A DNA stretch of 64,000 nt from Jatrophihabitans sp. (lineage in GTDB: Bacteria > Actinomycetota > Actinomycetes > Mycobacteriales > Jatrophihabitantaceae). The translations under genes and the position numbers were made by a program. The stretch covers positions 19,132 through 83,131 of the forward strand of contig NZ_JBHEMO010000021.1 of NCBI RefSeq assembly GCF_046262535.1, read 5' to 3'. The notes under the pieces are model-generated. The model worked only from the letters and a program-made list of their open reading frames with translations, had not been told where the DNA came from and did no database searches. Below are positions 50,501 to 60,211 of the stretch, piece after piece; position 1 is the first letter of the stretch, and every line of letters starts with the position of its first letter.

Positions 50501-51589
50501 GTGACTGTGGCCGTGCCTCCTGCGCCTTCCGTGCCGGTGGGGCCGGCGCTGGGGCGGTTGCGGGTCCGCCGGCGCCGGCTGCTCCGGCTGGCCGTGGTGC
50601 TGAGCGTCATCGCTGTCGAGATCGTGCTCGTCGCCCCGCACCTGTCGGCCAGCGGGGCCGCGCTCGACCACGTGAAATGGGGATGGGTCGCGGCCGCCGT
50701 CGCCTGTGAGGTCGCGTCGATCGCCACCTTCGCCCGGCTGCGCCGTAGCCTCTTGCGCGCGGGTGGTCTGCCCGTCCCGCTGGGACAGATGGGCGCGCTG
50801 ACCCTTGCCTCGAACGCCATCGCCGTGACCGCGCCCGCCGGGCTCGTCGTCTCCGCCGGCTATCTCTACCGGCAGCTGCGCCGCCTCGGGGCCAGCGCAC
50901 CGCTCATCACCTGGACGCTCGCGGCCGGGGCGGTGATCAGCACCGCCACGTTCAGCGTCATCACCGTTGCGGGCACCCTGCTCGACGACGACACGTCCGT
51001 CGGCGCGATCGCCGGGACCGCGGGGCTCAGCCTGCTGGCGGTGTTCGGACTGATCGCCCTGCTCACCGTCGTGACCCACCATCCCCGTCCCGTGTTGAAT
51101 GCGCTTCGCTCGATGTGCCGGCGCCTTCCCGGCCGCCGGGCGCGCAGCTGCCCGGACAACGACGAGAAGGCCGTCGACCGATTGGCCGCGCAGATCACCG
51201 CCATCACGCCGCGGCTGGGCGACTGGTCGGCGGCATTCTGGTTCTCGCTGCTGAACTGGCTGGCCGACCTGGCCTGCTTCGTGCTGTGCTGCTACGCCGT
51301 CGGGGTCACCCAGCTGGGTCTCGGCGCCGCCATGGTGGCCTACGTCGCCGGCCTGGCCACGACGAGCATCTCGCTGCTGCCCGCCGGGATCGGCAGCCTC
51401 GAAGCGGGCATGCTGGTCGGCCTCACCCACGGCGGGGTGGCCACGCCCCTCGCCGTCGCCGGGATCGTCATCTACCGGCTCGTGTCCTATGCGCTCGTCG
51501 CCGCTGTGGGCTGGGTCGTTTGGGCGGCGCTGCGACGGCGCTTCGCCGGCGACCGGTTGACTGCGCCGCAGCCCGAGCTGCTCGGCTGA
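50501..51589 (+). CDS. YbhN / lysylphosphatidylglycerol synthase TM-domain protein
   Basis: Multi-TM; PAGIGSLEAGM, IYRLVS. Confidence 0.82.
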   Translation: MTVAVPPAPSVPVGPALGRLRVRRRRLLRLAVVLSVIAVEIVLVAPHLSASGAALDHVKWGWVAAAVACEVASIATFARLRRSLLRAGGLPVPLGQMGALTLASNAIAVTAPAGLVVSAGYLYRQLRRLGASAPLITWTLAAGAVISTATFSVITVAGTLLDDDTSVGAIAGTAGLSLLAVFGLIALLTVVTHHPRPVLNALRSMCRRLPGRRARSCPDNDEKAVDRLAAQITAITPRLGDWSAAFWFSLLNWLADLACFVLCCYAVGVTQLGLGAAMVAYVAGLATTSISLLPAGIGSLEAGMLVGLTHGGVATPLAVAGIVIYRLVSYALVAAVGWVVWAALRRRFAGDRLTAPQPELLG

Positions 51590-51590
51590 C

Positions 51591-52718
51591 TCAGCGGGCG
51601 GCGATGAGGCCGCCGCCGGCGCCGACCAGTTCGGTGAGCAGATCGGCGTCGGCGAAGGTCCGGGCGATGACCGTCGTGCGCTTGAGGTAGTGCCCGACCG
51701 GATACTCCATGGTCATCCCGATGCCACCGTGAAGCTGGACGGCTTCCTGGCCCACGTGCCGCGCGGCGAGGTCGATCTGGATCTTCGCGGCCCGCACGGC
51801 CTTGCGGCGTTGCTCGACGTCGTCGTCGGCCAACGCAAGCCGGGCGAACAGCGCCATCGACCGGGCCTGTTCGAGCGAGACGTACATGTCGGCGGCCCGG
51901 TGCTGCAATGTCTGGAACACCGAGATGGGCTGCCCGAACTGCACGCGGGTCTTGAGGTAGTCGACGGTCAGCCACAGCATCCGTTCCATCGCGCCGACGG
52001 CCTCCGCGCACAGCGCCGCGGTGGCGACGTCCAGCACCGACTGCACGGCGTCGAGTGCGTCGGCCGGCGAGCCGAGTGCAGCGGCGGACGCGTCGGTGAA
52101 CAACACGTCGGCCCCACGCAACCCGTCCTGCATCGCGTAGGTGTCCCGCGCGACCCCGGTGGTTCTCGCGTCGACGAGGAACAGCCCCACCTCGCCGTCG
52201 GGCGTCATCGCGGTCACCACCAGATGATCGGCCGCATCGCCGCCGACCACCGCGATCTTCTGTCCGGACAGCGTCCATCCGTCGCCGGCCGGCGTCGCCG
52301 CCGTCGCGATGTCGGTGAGCGACCAGCGCGAGCTCGGCTCGGCGTAGGCGAACGCGAGCAGTGTCTCGCCGGCCGCGACGCCGGGCAGCAACGCGGTCTT
52401 CTGCTCAGGCGAGCCGGCCGCCGCGACCAATGAGCCGCCCAGCACAACCGTGGCGAGGAAGGGCTCGAGGACAAGCGCCCGGCCGAAGCCCTCCATGACG
52501 ACGCAGAGTTCGTCGACGCCCATGCCGGCGCCGCCGTACTGCTCGTCGAACGTGAGCCCCAGCAGGCCGAGCTCGGCGTACTGGCGCCACAGGTCTCGGC
52601 TCCAGCCGTCCTCTGATGTCAGCAGTTTCAGTCGGACGTTCGGGTCGTACTTCTTGTCCAGCAGCCCGTTCACCGTGTCGGCGAGCATCTTCTGCTCGTC
52701 GGTGAGATCGAGATCCAT
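51591..52718 (-). CDS. Acyl-CoA dehydrogenase (PimD-like partner subunit)
   Basis: RVQFGQPISVFQTLQHR, QLHGGIG. Confidence 0.92.
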   Translation of the reverse strand: MDLDLTDEQKMLADTVNGLLDKKYDPNVRLKLLTSEDGWSRDLWRQYAELGLLGLTFDEQYGGAGMGVDELCVVMEGFGRALVLEPFLATVVLGGSLVAAAGSPEQKTALLPGVAAGETLLAFAYAEPSSRWSLTDIATAATPAGDGWTLSGQKIAVVGGDAADHLVVTAMTPDGEVGLFLVDARTTGVARDTYAMQDGLRGADVLFTDASAAALGSPADALDAVQSVLDVATAALCAEAVGAMERMLWLTVDYLKTRVQFGQPISVFQTLQHRAADMYVSLEQARSMALFARLALADDDVEQRRKAVRAAKIQIDLAARHVGQEAVQLHGGIGMTMEYPVGHYLKRTTVIARTFADADLLTELVGAGGGLIAAR

Positions 52719-52728
52719 GTCCGTCTCC

Positions 52729-53904
52729 TCAGAACTTCAGGATCGCCTTGGCGATGATCTGCCGCTGGACCTCGTTGGAACCCGCGTAGATCGACGCCTT
52801 GCGCCAGTTGAAGTAGGTCGGCATCGCGTCGCGCGCGCCTTCGGGCAACGGCGCGAAACCGTCGGGAACGTCGCCGGATTCGCGGTAGGGGAGAGCGGCT
52901 GGGCCCAGGACGTCGACGAGCAGCTCGGTCGCGGCCTGCTGCAGCTCCGAACCGCGCAGCTTCAACACCGATGAGACCGGGTCGGGCATGCCGGGCGGCA
53001 ACGACGCCTCGCGAGCGAGCACGCGGAGCACGCTCACCTCCAGCGCCGTCGTCGCCACTTCGAGCCTGGTCAGCCGGGCGCGGAAGAGCGGTTCGTCCAG
53101 CAAGGGCCCGGCGAGCCGCTTGATGCGGGATATCCGGTTCTTGATCATGCCGACACCGGCATTGCTCGTCCGCTCGTTGCCCAGAAGGAACTTCGCGTAC
53201 GTCCAGCCCTTGTTCTCCTCGCCGACCAGCTGGTCGGCGGGGACCCGCACGTCCTCGAAGAAGACCTCGTTGACCTCGTAGCCGCCGTCGATGAGGTGGA
53301 TAGGCCGCACGGTCACCCCGGGCGAGCGCATGTCGATGAGCAGGAACGAGATGCCGCGCTGCTTCTGCGCCGACGGGTCCGTGCGGACCAGGCAGAAGAT
53401 CCAGTCGCCGTACTGCGCGAGCGTGGTCCACGTCTTCTGACCGTTGACGATGTAGTCGTCGCCGTCGCGGACCGCGGTCGTCTTCAGCGATGCGAGGTCG
53501 GAGCCCGCGTTGGGTTCGGAGAAGCCCTGGGACCACCAGATCTCGGCGCTGGCCGTCTTGGGCAGGAAGCGTTCCTTCAGCTCCTGGCTGCCGAACGTCG
53601 CGATGACCGGACCCACCATGGCGGTGTTGAACACGATGGGCTGGGGGACGTGGGCGAGCGTCATCTCCTCGGCCCACAGGTGCCGCTGCAAGGACGTCCA
53701 GTCCTGCCCGCCCCATTCGACCGGCCAGTGCGGAACGGCCAGACCGTGTTCGTTGAGCGTGCGCTGCGTGTTGACCACGTCGTCGCGAGTGGCGTGCTCG
53801 CCGCGCGCCAGCCGCTGCCGGAGCTCGGCCGGGATCTCAGTGGTGAAGAACCCGCGCATCCGTTCGGCGAAGGCGCGGTCCTCTTTGCTGAGCGCGAGAT
53901 CCAT
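52729..53904 (-). CDS. Acyl-CoA dehydrogenase (PimC-like)
   Basis: WSQGFSEPNAGSDLASL, NGQKTWT, SIYAGSNEVQR. Confidence 0.93.
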   Translation of the reverse strand: MDLALSKEDRAFAERMRGFFTTEIPAELRQRLARGEHATRDDVVNTQRTLNEHGLAVPHWPVEWGGQDWTSLQRHLWAEEMTLAHVPQPIVFNTAMVGPVIATFGSQELKERFLPKTASAEIWWSQGFSEPNAGSDLASLKTTAVRDGDDYIVNGQKTWTTLAQYGDWIFCLVRTDPSAQKQRGISFLLIDMRSPGVTVRPIHLIDGGYEVNEVFFEDVRVPADQLVGEENKGWTYAKFLLGNERTSNAGVGMIKNRISRIKRLAGPLLDEPLFRARLTRLEVATTALEVSVLRVLAREASLPPGMPDPVSSVLKLRGSELQQAATELLVDVLGPAALPYRESGDVPDGFAPLPEGARDAMPTYFNWRKASIYAGSNEVQRQIIAKAILKF

Positions 53905-54065
53905 GAGGGTGCTCCCGGGAAGAGGCGGACTGCCGGCTGGTTCTGAGGTTACCCGGCAGTAAGAAGGGCCGTCCGGCAACGGCCCCGCACGGCGCGACAG
54001 CTGCGGCTTCGATACCCTCGCGCCCACCGGCATTTCGGTGCCGTGGGCCAGAGGCAGGGGAATCG

Positions 54066-55340
54066 ATGGATCACAAGACGCTTGTCGACCTGATCAGCAT
54101 CCCCCTTTTCACCGGCATCATCGGCTACATCACCAACTGGACCGGCGTGCTCATGCTGTTCAAGCCGGTCCGGTTCTACGGCTTCCGCGTGCCGGGTCTC
54201 AAGCTGCTCTTCCCCTACCTGCCTCGGCGGGTGCGCATTCTGCCGCTGATCCGCTACGACGGCCGGCTCGGGTGGCAGGGCATCGTGCCCTCACGTGCGG
54301 ACAAGATGGCCAGCATCAGCGTCGACAAGGGCTTGGCCAAGCTCGGCAGCATCACCGACTTCTACCGCGAGCTAGAGCCCGACCGAATCGCCGAACACCT
54401 GACGCTGATCGCGCAGGCCGAGATCCGCGACGTCGTCGAGCAGATCATGCAGCAGGAGAACCCGCAGCTCTGGCACGATCTGCCGCCGGTGATCAAGGAG
54501 GCCGTGTTCGCCCGCGTCCGCTCCCAGCTGCCGGGCATCATCCGGCACATCACCGACGAGATCGGCCAGAACGTCGACCAGCTCATCGACGCCAAGCTGA
54601 TGGTGATCACCTACTTCGGCAAGCATCCCGAGTTGCTGAACGAGCTGTTCCTGATCATGGGGCGCAAAGAGCTGACCTTTATGCAGAACTTCGGCTTCTA
54701 CTTCGGCCTGCCGATGGGCTTCGTGCTGTTCGGGATCCTGCAGGTGTACCCCTCGTGGTGGGTGCTGCCGGTGGGCGGCGTGATCATCGGCTGGGTGGTC
54801 AACTGGCTCGGTATCACGATGATCTTCGAGCCGGTCTTCCCGAACCGGTGGATCCCGTGGCGTCAGGGGCTGCTGATCAAGCGCCAGCCCGAGGTCACCG
54901 AGATGTACTCGCAGATGGTCGCCGACAACGTGATCACGCTGCAGAACATCGGCAACGAGCTGATGACCGGCCCGCGCAGCGACCGCACCCATCAGCTCCT
55001 GGAGGAATCGCTGCGCCCAGCCGTGGACCGGGCCGTCGGGCCGGCGCGGGCGGCGGTCCGGGTGGCCATCGGCACCAAGGAGTACGACCAGATCCGGTCG
55101 TCGCTGGCCACCGAGGCGACGGGCTTCGCCCCCATCGCGTTCAACGACGCCGAGTTCAGCCGCCGGCAGTCGGTGAAGATCTACAAGTACATATCGACGC
55201 AGATGTCGCGGATGGGTCCCGACGACTTCGTCGAGATGCTCCGGTCGGCCATCAAGCAGGATGAGTGGTTACTGTTCTTCCACGGAGGCGCGCTCGGGCT
55301 GTTCGCGGGGTTCCTCCACCTGGCAATCTTCGGAGTTTGA
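54066..55340 (+). CDS. DUF445 family membrane protein
   Basis: IGYITNW..LF.P, WQGIVP, C-terminal IKQDEW..HGGALG. Confidence 0.8.
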   Translation: MDHKTLVDLISIPLFTGIIGYITNWTGVLMLFKPVRFYGFRVPGLKLLFPYLPRRVRILPLIRYDGRLGWQGIVPSRADKMASISVDKGLAKLGSITDFYRELEPDRIAEHLTLIAQAEIRDVVEQIMQQENPQLWHDLPPVIKEAVFARVRSQLPGIIRHITDEIGQNVDQLIDAKLMVITYFGKHPELLNELFLIMGRKELTFMQNFGFYFGLPMGFVLFGILQVYPSWWVLPVGGVIIGWVVNWLGITMIFEPVFPNRWIPWRQGLLIKRQPEVTEMYSQMVADNVITLQNIGNELMTGPRSDRTHQLLEESLRPAVDRAVGPARAAVRVAIGTKEYDQIRSSLATEATGFAPIAFNDAEFSRRQSVKIYKYISTQMSRMGPDDFVEMLRSAIKQDEWLLFFHGGALGLFAGFLHLAIFGV

Positions 55341-56267
55341 TTGATGGCTGACAACGTCGCCCCGCGGCCCACGGACTCGACGGCGGTCATCCGGCGGCCG
55401 AGCCCCGGTAGCACAGTGCTGCGGCGCCGCCCATCCCCGACGGCGCTGTCCCTGCGGCCGTCCCCGGCCATGCTCAAAGCGGCGCCGGAGCTGGCCCGGG
55501 TGGCGGCGGTGTCGGCGTTCCAGATGTTGAGCTGGACGGTCGGGGCCACCGCGGCCGGCGCCAACTACGTGGCCCGCCGGGCGGTGGCGGGGCAACCCGC
55601 GACCGCGATCCTGCAAGAGGCGGCCGGCGACCTGCGCAACTTCGCCCTGCGCACCCTCGGACTGGATCCGGAGACCGTCCCCAGGTTGAGCATCGGGACG
55701 CCGGGCGCGCAGGAGCCCAGCGGCCCGCGCGGTGCCTCCACGCGTGAACTGCAAAAGCGCGGGACCGAGCTCCTGCGCCGCTCGAACGACGTCCACGTCA
55801 TCGAGGACACGCACCCGGCCTTCGCCCGGATTCTGAGCGAGATCACTCCGGACGAGGCGCGGATCCTGCGCTACATCTACCTCGAGGGCCCGCAGCCGGC
55901 GATCGACATCCGCACGTTCCGGCCGCTCGGCATCGGTTCCGAGCTGGTCGCCGCGGGGTTGAGCATGATCGCCGAGCACGCCGGACTGCGCAACCTCGAC
56001 CGGATCGACCAGTACCTGACGAACCTGTCCCGCCTCGGGCTGATCGACTTCTCGAAGGAGCAGGTCGACAATCCCACCCGCTATCAGGTGATCGAGGCCC
56101 AACCCAAGGTCGCGGCCGCCCTCAAGGCCGCCGGCCGGGCGCCGAAGATCATCCAGCGCAGCATCCGGCTCAATGCCTTCGGGGAGGAGTTCGTCCGCAC
56201 CTGCTTGCCGCTGAACGGCCGGGTCGTGCCCAACCGCCCGCTCCCGAACTCCGGCGCCGCGCGCTGA
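55341..56267 (+). CDS. DUF4393 / Abi-alpha family protein
   Basis: HPAFARILSEITPDEARILR, LTNLSRLGL, LNAFGEEF..C; abuts the DUF445 stop. Confidence 0.7.
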   Translation: MMADNVAPRPTDSTAVIRRPSPGSTVLRRRPSPTALSLRPSPAMLKAAPELARVAAVSAFQMLSWTVGATAAGANYVARRAVAGQPATAILQEAAGDLRNFALRTLGLDPETVPRLSIGTPGAQEPSGPRGASTRELQKRGTELLRRSNDVHVIEDTHPAFARILSEITPDEARILRYIYLEGPQPAIDIRTFRPLGIGSELVAAGLSMIAEHAGLRNLDRIDQYLTNLSRLGLIDFSKEQVDNPTRYQVIEAQPKVAAALKAAGRAPKIIQRSIRLNAFGEEFVRTCLPLNGRVVPNRPLPNSGAAR

Positions 56268-56280
56268 TCGTCTCGACCCG

Positions 56281-58209
56281 TCACCGGCCCAGACGCATGT
56301 CGCCGTCGTAGAGGACGCCGTCGGCCAGGTCGGCGGTCGAGATCACGTGCAGCACGGCGTTGATCAACGCGAGGTGGGTGAACGCCTGGGGGAAGTTGCC
56401 CAGGTGGGCGCCGGAGTTGACGTCGATCTCCTCGGCGTAGAGCTCCAGCGGCCCGGCGAGGGCGAGCAGCCGGCTGCACAGCCGGCGGGCCCGAGTGTAG
56501 TGGCCGATCTCGCACAGCGCCGACACCAGCCAGAACGAGCAGATCGTGAACGAGCCCTCTTCGCCGGAGAATCCGTCGTCGGTCTCCTCGACCCGGTAGC
56601 GCAGCACCATGCCGTGTTCGGTGAGCTCGTCGGCGATGGCCCGCACCGTGGCGACGATGCGCGGGTCGTCGGGCGGCAGTAAGCGCACGAGGGGCGCGAG
56701 CAGCAGCGAGGCGTCCAGGGCGTTCGTCCCGTAGTACTGGGTGAAGACCCCGCGCTCGTCGGTGCCGTGCTCGAGGATGTCGGCCTTGATCTCGTCGGCG
56801 GCCATCTCCCACTCCGACGCCGCGCCGTCCTGGCCCATGACCGCGGCCAGGCGGGCGCCCCGGTCGACGGCGACCCAGCACATGATCTTGGAGGAGGTGA
56901 AGTGTTGGGGCTGCCCGCGCACTTCCCATATGCCCGCGTCCGGCTCCCGCCAGTGCTTCAGCGCGGCCTTCACCTGCTTGGCCAGGATGGGCCAGAGACG
57001 ACCGTCGACGTGGTCGGCGGCCTTGCTGTGCAGGTACACGGAGTCGAGCAGCGCGCCCCACACATCGTGCTGGTTCTGTTTGCTGGCCGCGTTGCCGATG
57101 CGGACCGGGCGGGATTCGGCGTAGCCGGGCAGGTGATCGAGTTCCAGTTCGGTCAGGTCGCTCTCGCCGCCGATGCCGTACATGATCTGCAGGTCGTCGT
57201 CGCGTTCGGCCAGGTCGGCGATGAAGCTGAAGAAGTCGACGGCCTCCCAGTCGTAGCCGAGCGAGTACATGCCCCACAGCGCGAAGGTCGCGTCGCGGAT
57301 CCAGCTGTAGCGGTAGTCGTAGTTGCGACCGCCGCCGATCGTCTCGGGCAGGGACGTACTCGCCGCGGCGCAGATGGCGCCCGTGGGGGAGTAGGTCAGC
57401 CCCTTGAGGGTCAGCGCGCTGCGCTGCAGGTAGCTGCGCCAGGGGTGGTCGGGGAACTTGCCGCGGGCCAGCCAGTGCTGCCAGTGGTGCGCCGTCCAGA
57501 CCTGCCGGCGGTAGGCGTCCCGGTAGGTGAGCGGCGGCTCCATGCTGCCCCACGACAGCGCGATGAACCGCGTTTCGCCCTCCTTCAGCAACGTGCGGAT
57601 CGAGGCGCGGCCGCCCTCGAAGCCGATGCGCATGTCCGTCGTCAGTGTCAACTGCAGGTCCGAGCCGTCCAGCGTCGCCCGGGCCTGGTGATACACCTTG
57701 TCGGTGTAGTCCCACCGCACCGCCGAGCGGCCGTAGTCGGGAACCGGTTCGCACTCGACGACGGTCTGCACCTCGCCGGTGACGCAGCGGATCGTGCGCA
57801 GCAGGATGTGCTCGGCCTCATAGTCGGTCGGCGTGCGCCGCTGCGTCCTCGACAACTCCGACTCGTGGCGCCATGGACCCATGAGCAGCACGTCCCGGAC
57901 GATGATCCAACCGGTGTCGGTGCCCCAACTCGTCTCGAGCACCATCGTTCCGGGCAGGTAACGGCGGGCCGCCGGGACGGTGACGTCGGTCGGAGCCACC
58001 CGGAACGTCCCGGCGTGCCGGCCGAGGATGGCGCCGAAGACGCTCGGCGAATCCATGCGGGGCAGGCACATCCAGTCGATGCACCCGCTTGGCGCGACGA
58101 GTGCGGTGACCTCGCCGTCGGACAAGAACCCGTAGTCACCGATCGGCACCGGCGCGGTGAGGGCCGACGCGGCCGAGGCCGTGGGTCGGATCCCGCCCGT
58201 TGTCTCCAT
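56281..58209 (-). CDS. Glycoside hydrolase family 15 (trehalase/glucoamylase-like)
   Basis: IGDYGFLSD, AASTSLPE..NYDYRYSWIRD, GIWEVRG, LGNFPQAFTH. Confidence 0.93.
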   Translation of the reverse strand: METTGGIRPTASAASALTAPVPIGDYGFLSDGEVTALVAPSGCIDWMCLPRMDSPSVFGAILGRHAGTFRVAPTDVTVPAARRYLPGTMVLETSWGTDTGWIIVRDVLLMGPWRHESELSRTQRRTPTDYEAEHILLRTIRCVTGEVQTVVECEPVPDYGRSAVRWDYTDKVYHQARATLDGSDLQLTLTTDMRIGFEGGRASIRTLLKEGETRFIALSWGSMEPPLTYRDAYRRQVWTAHHWQHWLARGKFPDHPWRSYLQRSALTLKGLTYSPTGAICAAASTSLPETIGGGRNYDYRYSWIRDATFALWGMYSLGYDWEAVDFFSFIADLAERDDDLQIMYGIGGESDLTELELDHLPGYAESRPVRIGNAASKQNQHDVWGALLDSVYLHSKAADHVDGRLWPILAKQVKAALKHWREPDAGIWEVRGQPQHFTSSKIMCWVAVDRGARLAAVMGQDGAASEWEMAADEIKADILEHGTDERGVFTQYYGTNALDASLLLAPLVRLLPPDDPRIVATVRAIADELTEHGMVLRYRVEETDDGFSGEEGSFTICSFWLVSALCEIGHYTRARRLCSRLLALAGPLELYAEEIDVNSGAHLGNFPQAFTHLALINAVLHVISTADLADGVLYDGDMRLGR

Positions 58210-59078
58210 CAGCGCAGGATGGCCCCGTTCGGGGCTGGACTCAACTCGGTCGGCGCGAAGCTCACGGGTTGCGGCGGCCGTCGTCGCCGTGTCACCTCGC
58301 GCAGGATTGCCGCTTCGGCGGCGGCGCAGAGGCCGAGAACCGCGACGGCGACGATGCCGTCGGCCCAGAAGTGGTTGGCCGTAGCGGCCACGACCAGCAC
58401 CGTGACGAGCGCATGCCCGGCGCCCAGCCAGCGCCACGGCCCGGACCCGATCCGGGCGACCGACCAGCCGACGAGCACGGCCCAGGCCACGTGCACCGAG
58501 GGCATCGCCGACAACTGGTCCGCCCCGAAGCCCAGGCCGTAAACGGACTGGTGGTACTTCTCCGCCGTGTCGGTGTATCCCGGCAGCAGTCGCGGCGGCG
58601 CGACCGGAATGAGCTGGATCGCCAAGCAGGCGGCGGTGGTCAGCGCGAGCACCCGGCGGATCTGGTGGTACCGGTCGCGGTGCCGGACGAACAGCCAGAT
58701 GAGGAAGACGAAGAGGCCACCGAAGTGCATCGTCGCGTAGTAGAGGTTCGCGGCCTGCGCGGAGATGGCGTTGCCGGCCAGCGCGTGCTGCACGCTCGCC
58801 TCCGACGGCAGGTGCCACGAGCGTTCGGTGCGTTCGATCCATTCCGCGCGCGACATTGCTCCGGCGGTCCCCAGCACCGACAGCGTGCCGGCCAACTGCC
58901 ACAGCGCGTAGAGGCCGCTGATGATGGTCGCCTCTCGCGCGAACGGGGCGATTGCGCGCAGCCGGCCCCCCCGGCTGAGGCTCAGACCGGTCGCTGCGAT
59001 CCCGAGACCGGCAGTCAACGCTGCGCCTTGCTGCCAGGTCAGGGCGACATCTTGCACTCGCTCACTATGCCGCAACAA
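58209..59078 (-). CDS. PAP2-like (AUR1/IPC-synthase type) membrane protein
   Basis: ANLYYATMHF, PVAPPRL, AMPSVHVAW, TANHFWAD; TGATG overlap with GH15. Confidence 0.85.
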   Translation of the reverse strand: MLRHSERVQDVALTWQQGAALTAGLGIAATGLSLSRGGRLRAIAPFAREATIISGLYALWQLAGTLSVLGTAGAMSRAEWIERTERSWHLPSEASVQHALAGNAISAQAANLYYATMHFGGLFVFLIWLFVRHRDRYHQIRRVLALTTAACLAIQLIPVAPPRLLPGYTDTAEKYHQSVYGLGFGADQLSAMPSVHVAWAVLVGWSVARIGSGPWRWLGAGHALVTVLVVAATANHFWADGIVAVAVLGLCAAAEAAILREVTRRRRPPQPVSFAPTELSPAPNGAILR

Positions 59079-59146
59079 ACCCGGTGAGTGATCGCGGCGG
59101 TCCCTCTACAGTGCGGAGGACTCGATCGGAAGATGGACGGAGCGGC

Positions 59147-60211
59147 ATGGCGCGACGGAGCTGGGCCCTCTTCGCCGCGATGTGCGTCATCTGGGGTGTG
59201 CCCTACCTGCTGATCCGAGTGGCCGTGCGTGACTTCTCACCGGCCACCCTTGTGTTCCTGCGGACGGCCATCGGTGGTGTCGTGCTGCTGCCTTTCGCGC
59301 TCGCGCGGGGTGGGCTCGGCCCGGTGCTGCGCAGGTGGCGGCCACTGCTGGCCTTCACCGCCATCGAGGCCGGCGTGCCGTGGCTGTTGCTGTCCGATGC
59401 CGAACGGGTGCTGTCGAGTTCACTGTCCGGGTTGCTGGTCGCCGGCGTGCCACTGGTCGGCGTCGTCGCCGCGCGGGTGCTGGGGGCCGACGACCACGGT
59501 GGCGGCGTGCTGCGCTACGTCGGTCTGCTGCTGGGCTTGGCCGGAGTGACCGTGCTGCTCGGTCTCGACGTGGGGCAGGTCCATCTCGGGGCGGTCCTTG
59601 AGATGGCCGGGGTCGCGGTCGGCTACGCCGTGGCTCCGGTCATCCTGTCGCGCCGGCTGTCGGACCTGCCGAGCATTCCGGTGATCACCGCCTCGCTGCT
59701 GATCACCGCGCTCGGCTACCTGCCCGTCGCTCTGGTGAAGTGGCCCGACTCGGTCGACGCCAAGCCGATGTGGTCGGTCATCGCGCTCGGGCTGCTCTGC
59801 ACGGCCCTCGCCTTCGTCGTGTTCTTCGAGTTGATCGCGGCCATCGGGCCGGCCCGAGCGACCGTGATCACCTACGTCAATCCGGCCGTCGCCCTTCTGC
59901 TCGGGGTGCTGTTGCTCGGCGAGGACTTCACCCTCGGGATCGCAATCGGCTTCCCGTTGATCCTGGTCGGCTCGGTCCTCGCGGCGCGCCGCCCGAGCCC
60001 GTCGACCGACTCCGCTCCGCCCGAGGCGGGTGTCCCGGAGGGGGTGCTGGCCGACACGGTCGTCGGCCCGAGTGACGACGCGGGGAGTCAGTCGATCCGG
60101 ACGTCGCCGGACGGCGTCGCGAACACGGCGGCTACGACACCGGTGACCTCGTCGCCGGACTCCGGATCGAACGGCGATACCCAATCGACCTCGACGCGGT
60201 CGAGCGGCTGA
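59147..60211 (+). CDS. DMT/EamA transporter
   Basis: IWGVPYLLIR, IGPARA..TYVNP; about 10 TM. Confidence 0.88.
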   Translation: MARRSWALFAAMCVIWGVPYLLIRVAVRDFSPATLVFLRTAIGGVVLLPFALARGGLGPVLRRWRPLLAFTAIEAGVPWLLLSDAERVLSSSLSGLLVAGVPLVGVVAARVLGADDHGGGVLRYVGLLLGLAGVTVLLGLDVGQVHLGAVLEMAGVAVGYAVAPVILSRRLSDLPSIPVITASLLITALGYLPVALVKWPDSVDAKPMWSVIALGLLCTALAFVVFFELIAAIGPARATVITYVNPAVALLLGVLLLGEDFTLGIAIGFPLILVGSVLAARRPSPSTDSAPPEAGVPEGVLADTVVGPSDDAGSQSIRTSPDGVANTAATTPVTSSPDSGSNGDTQSTSTRSSG

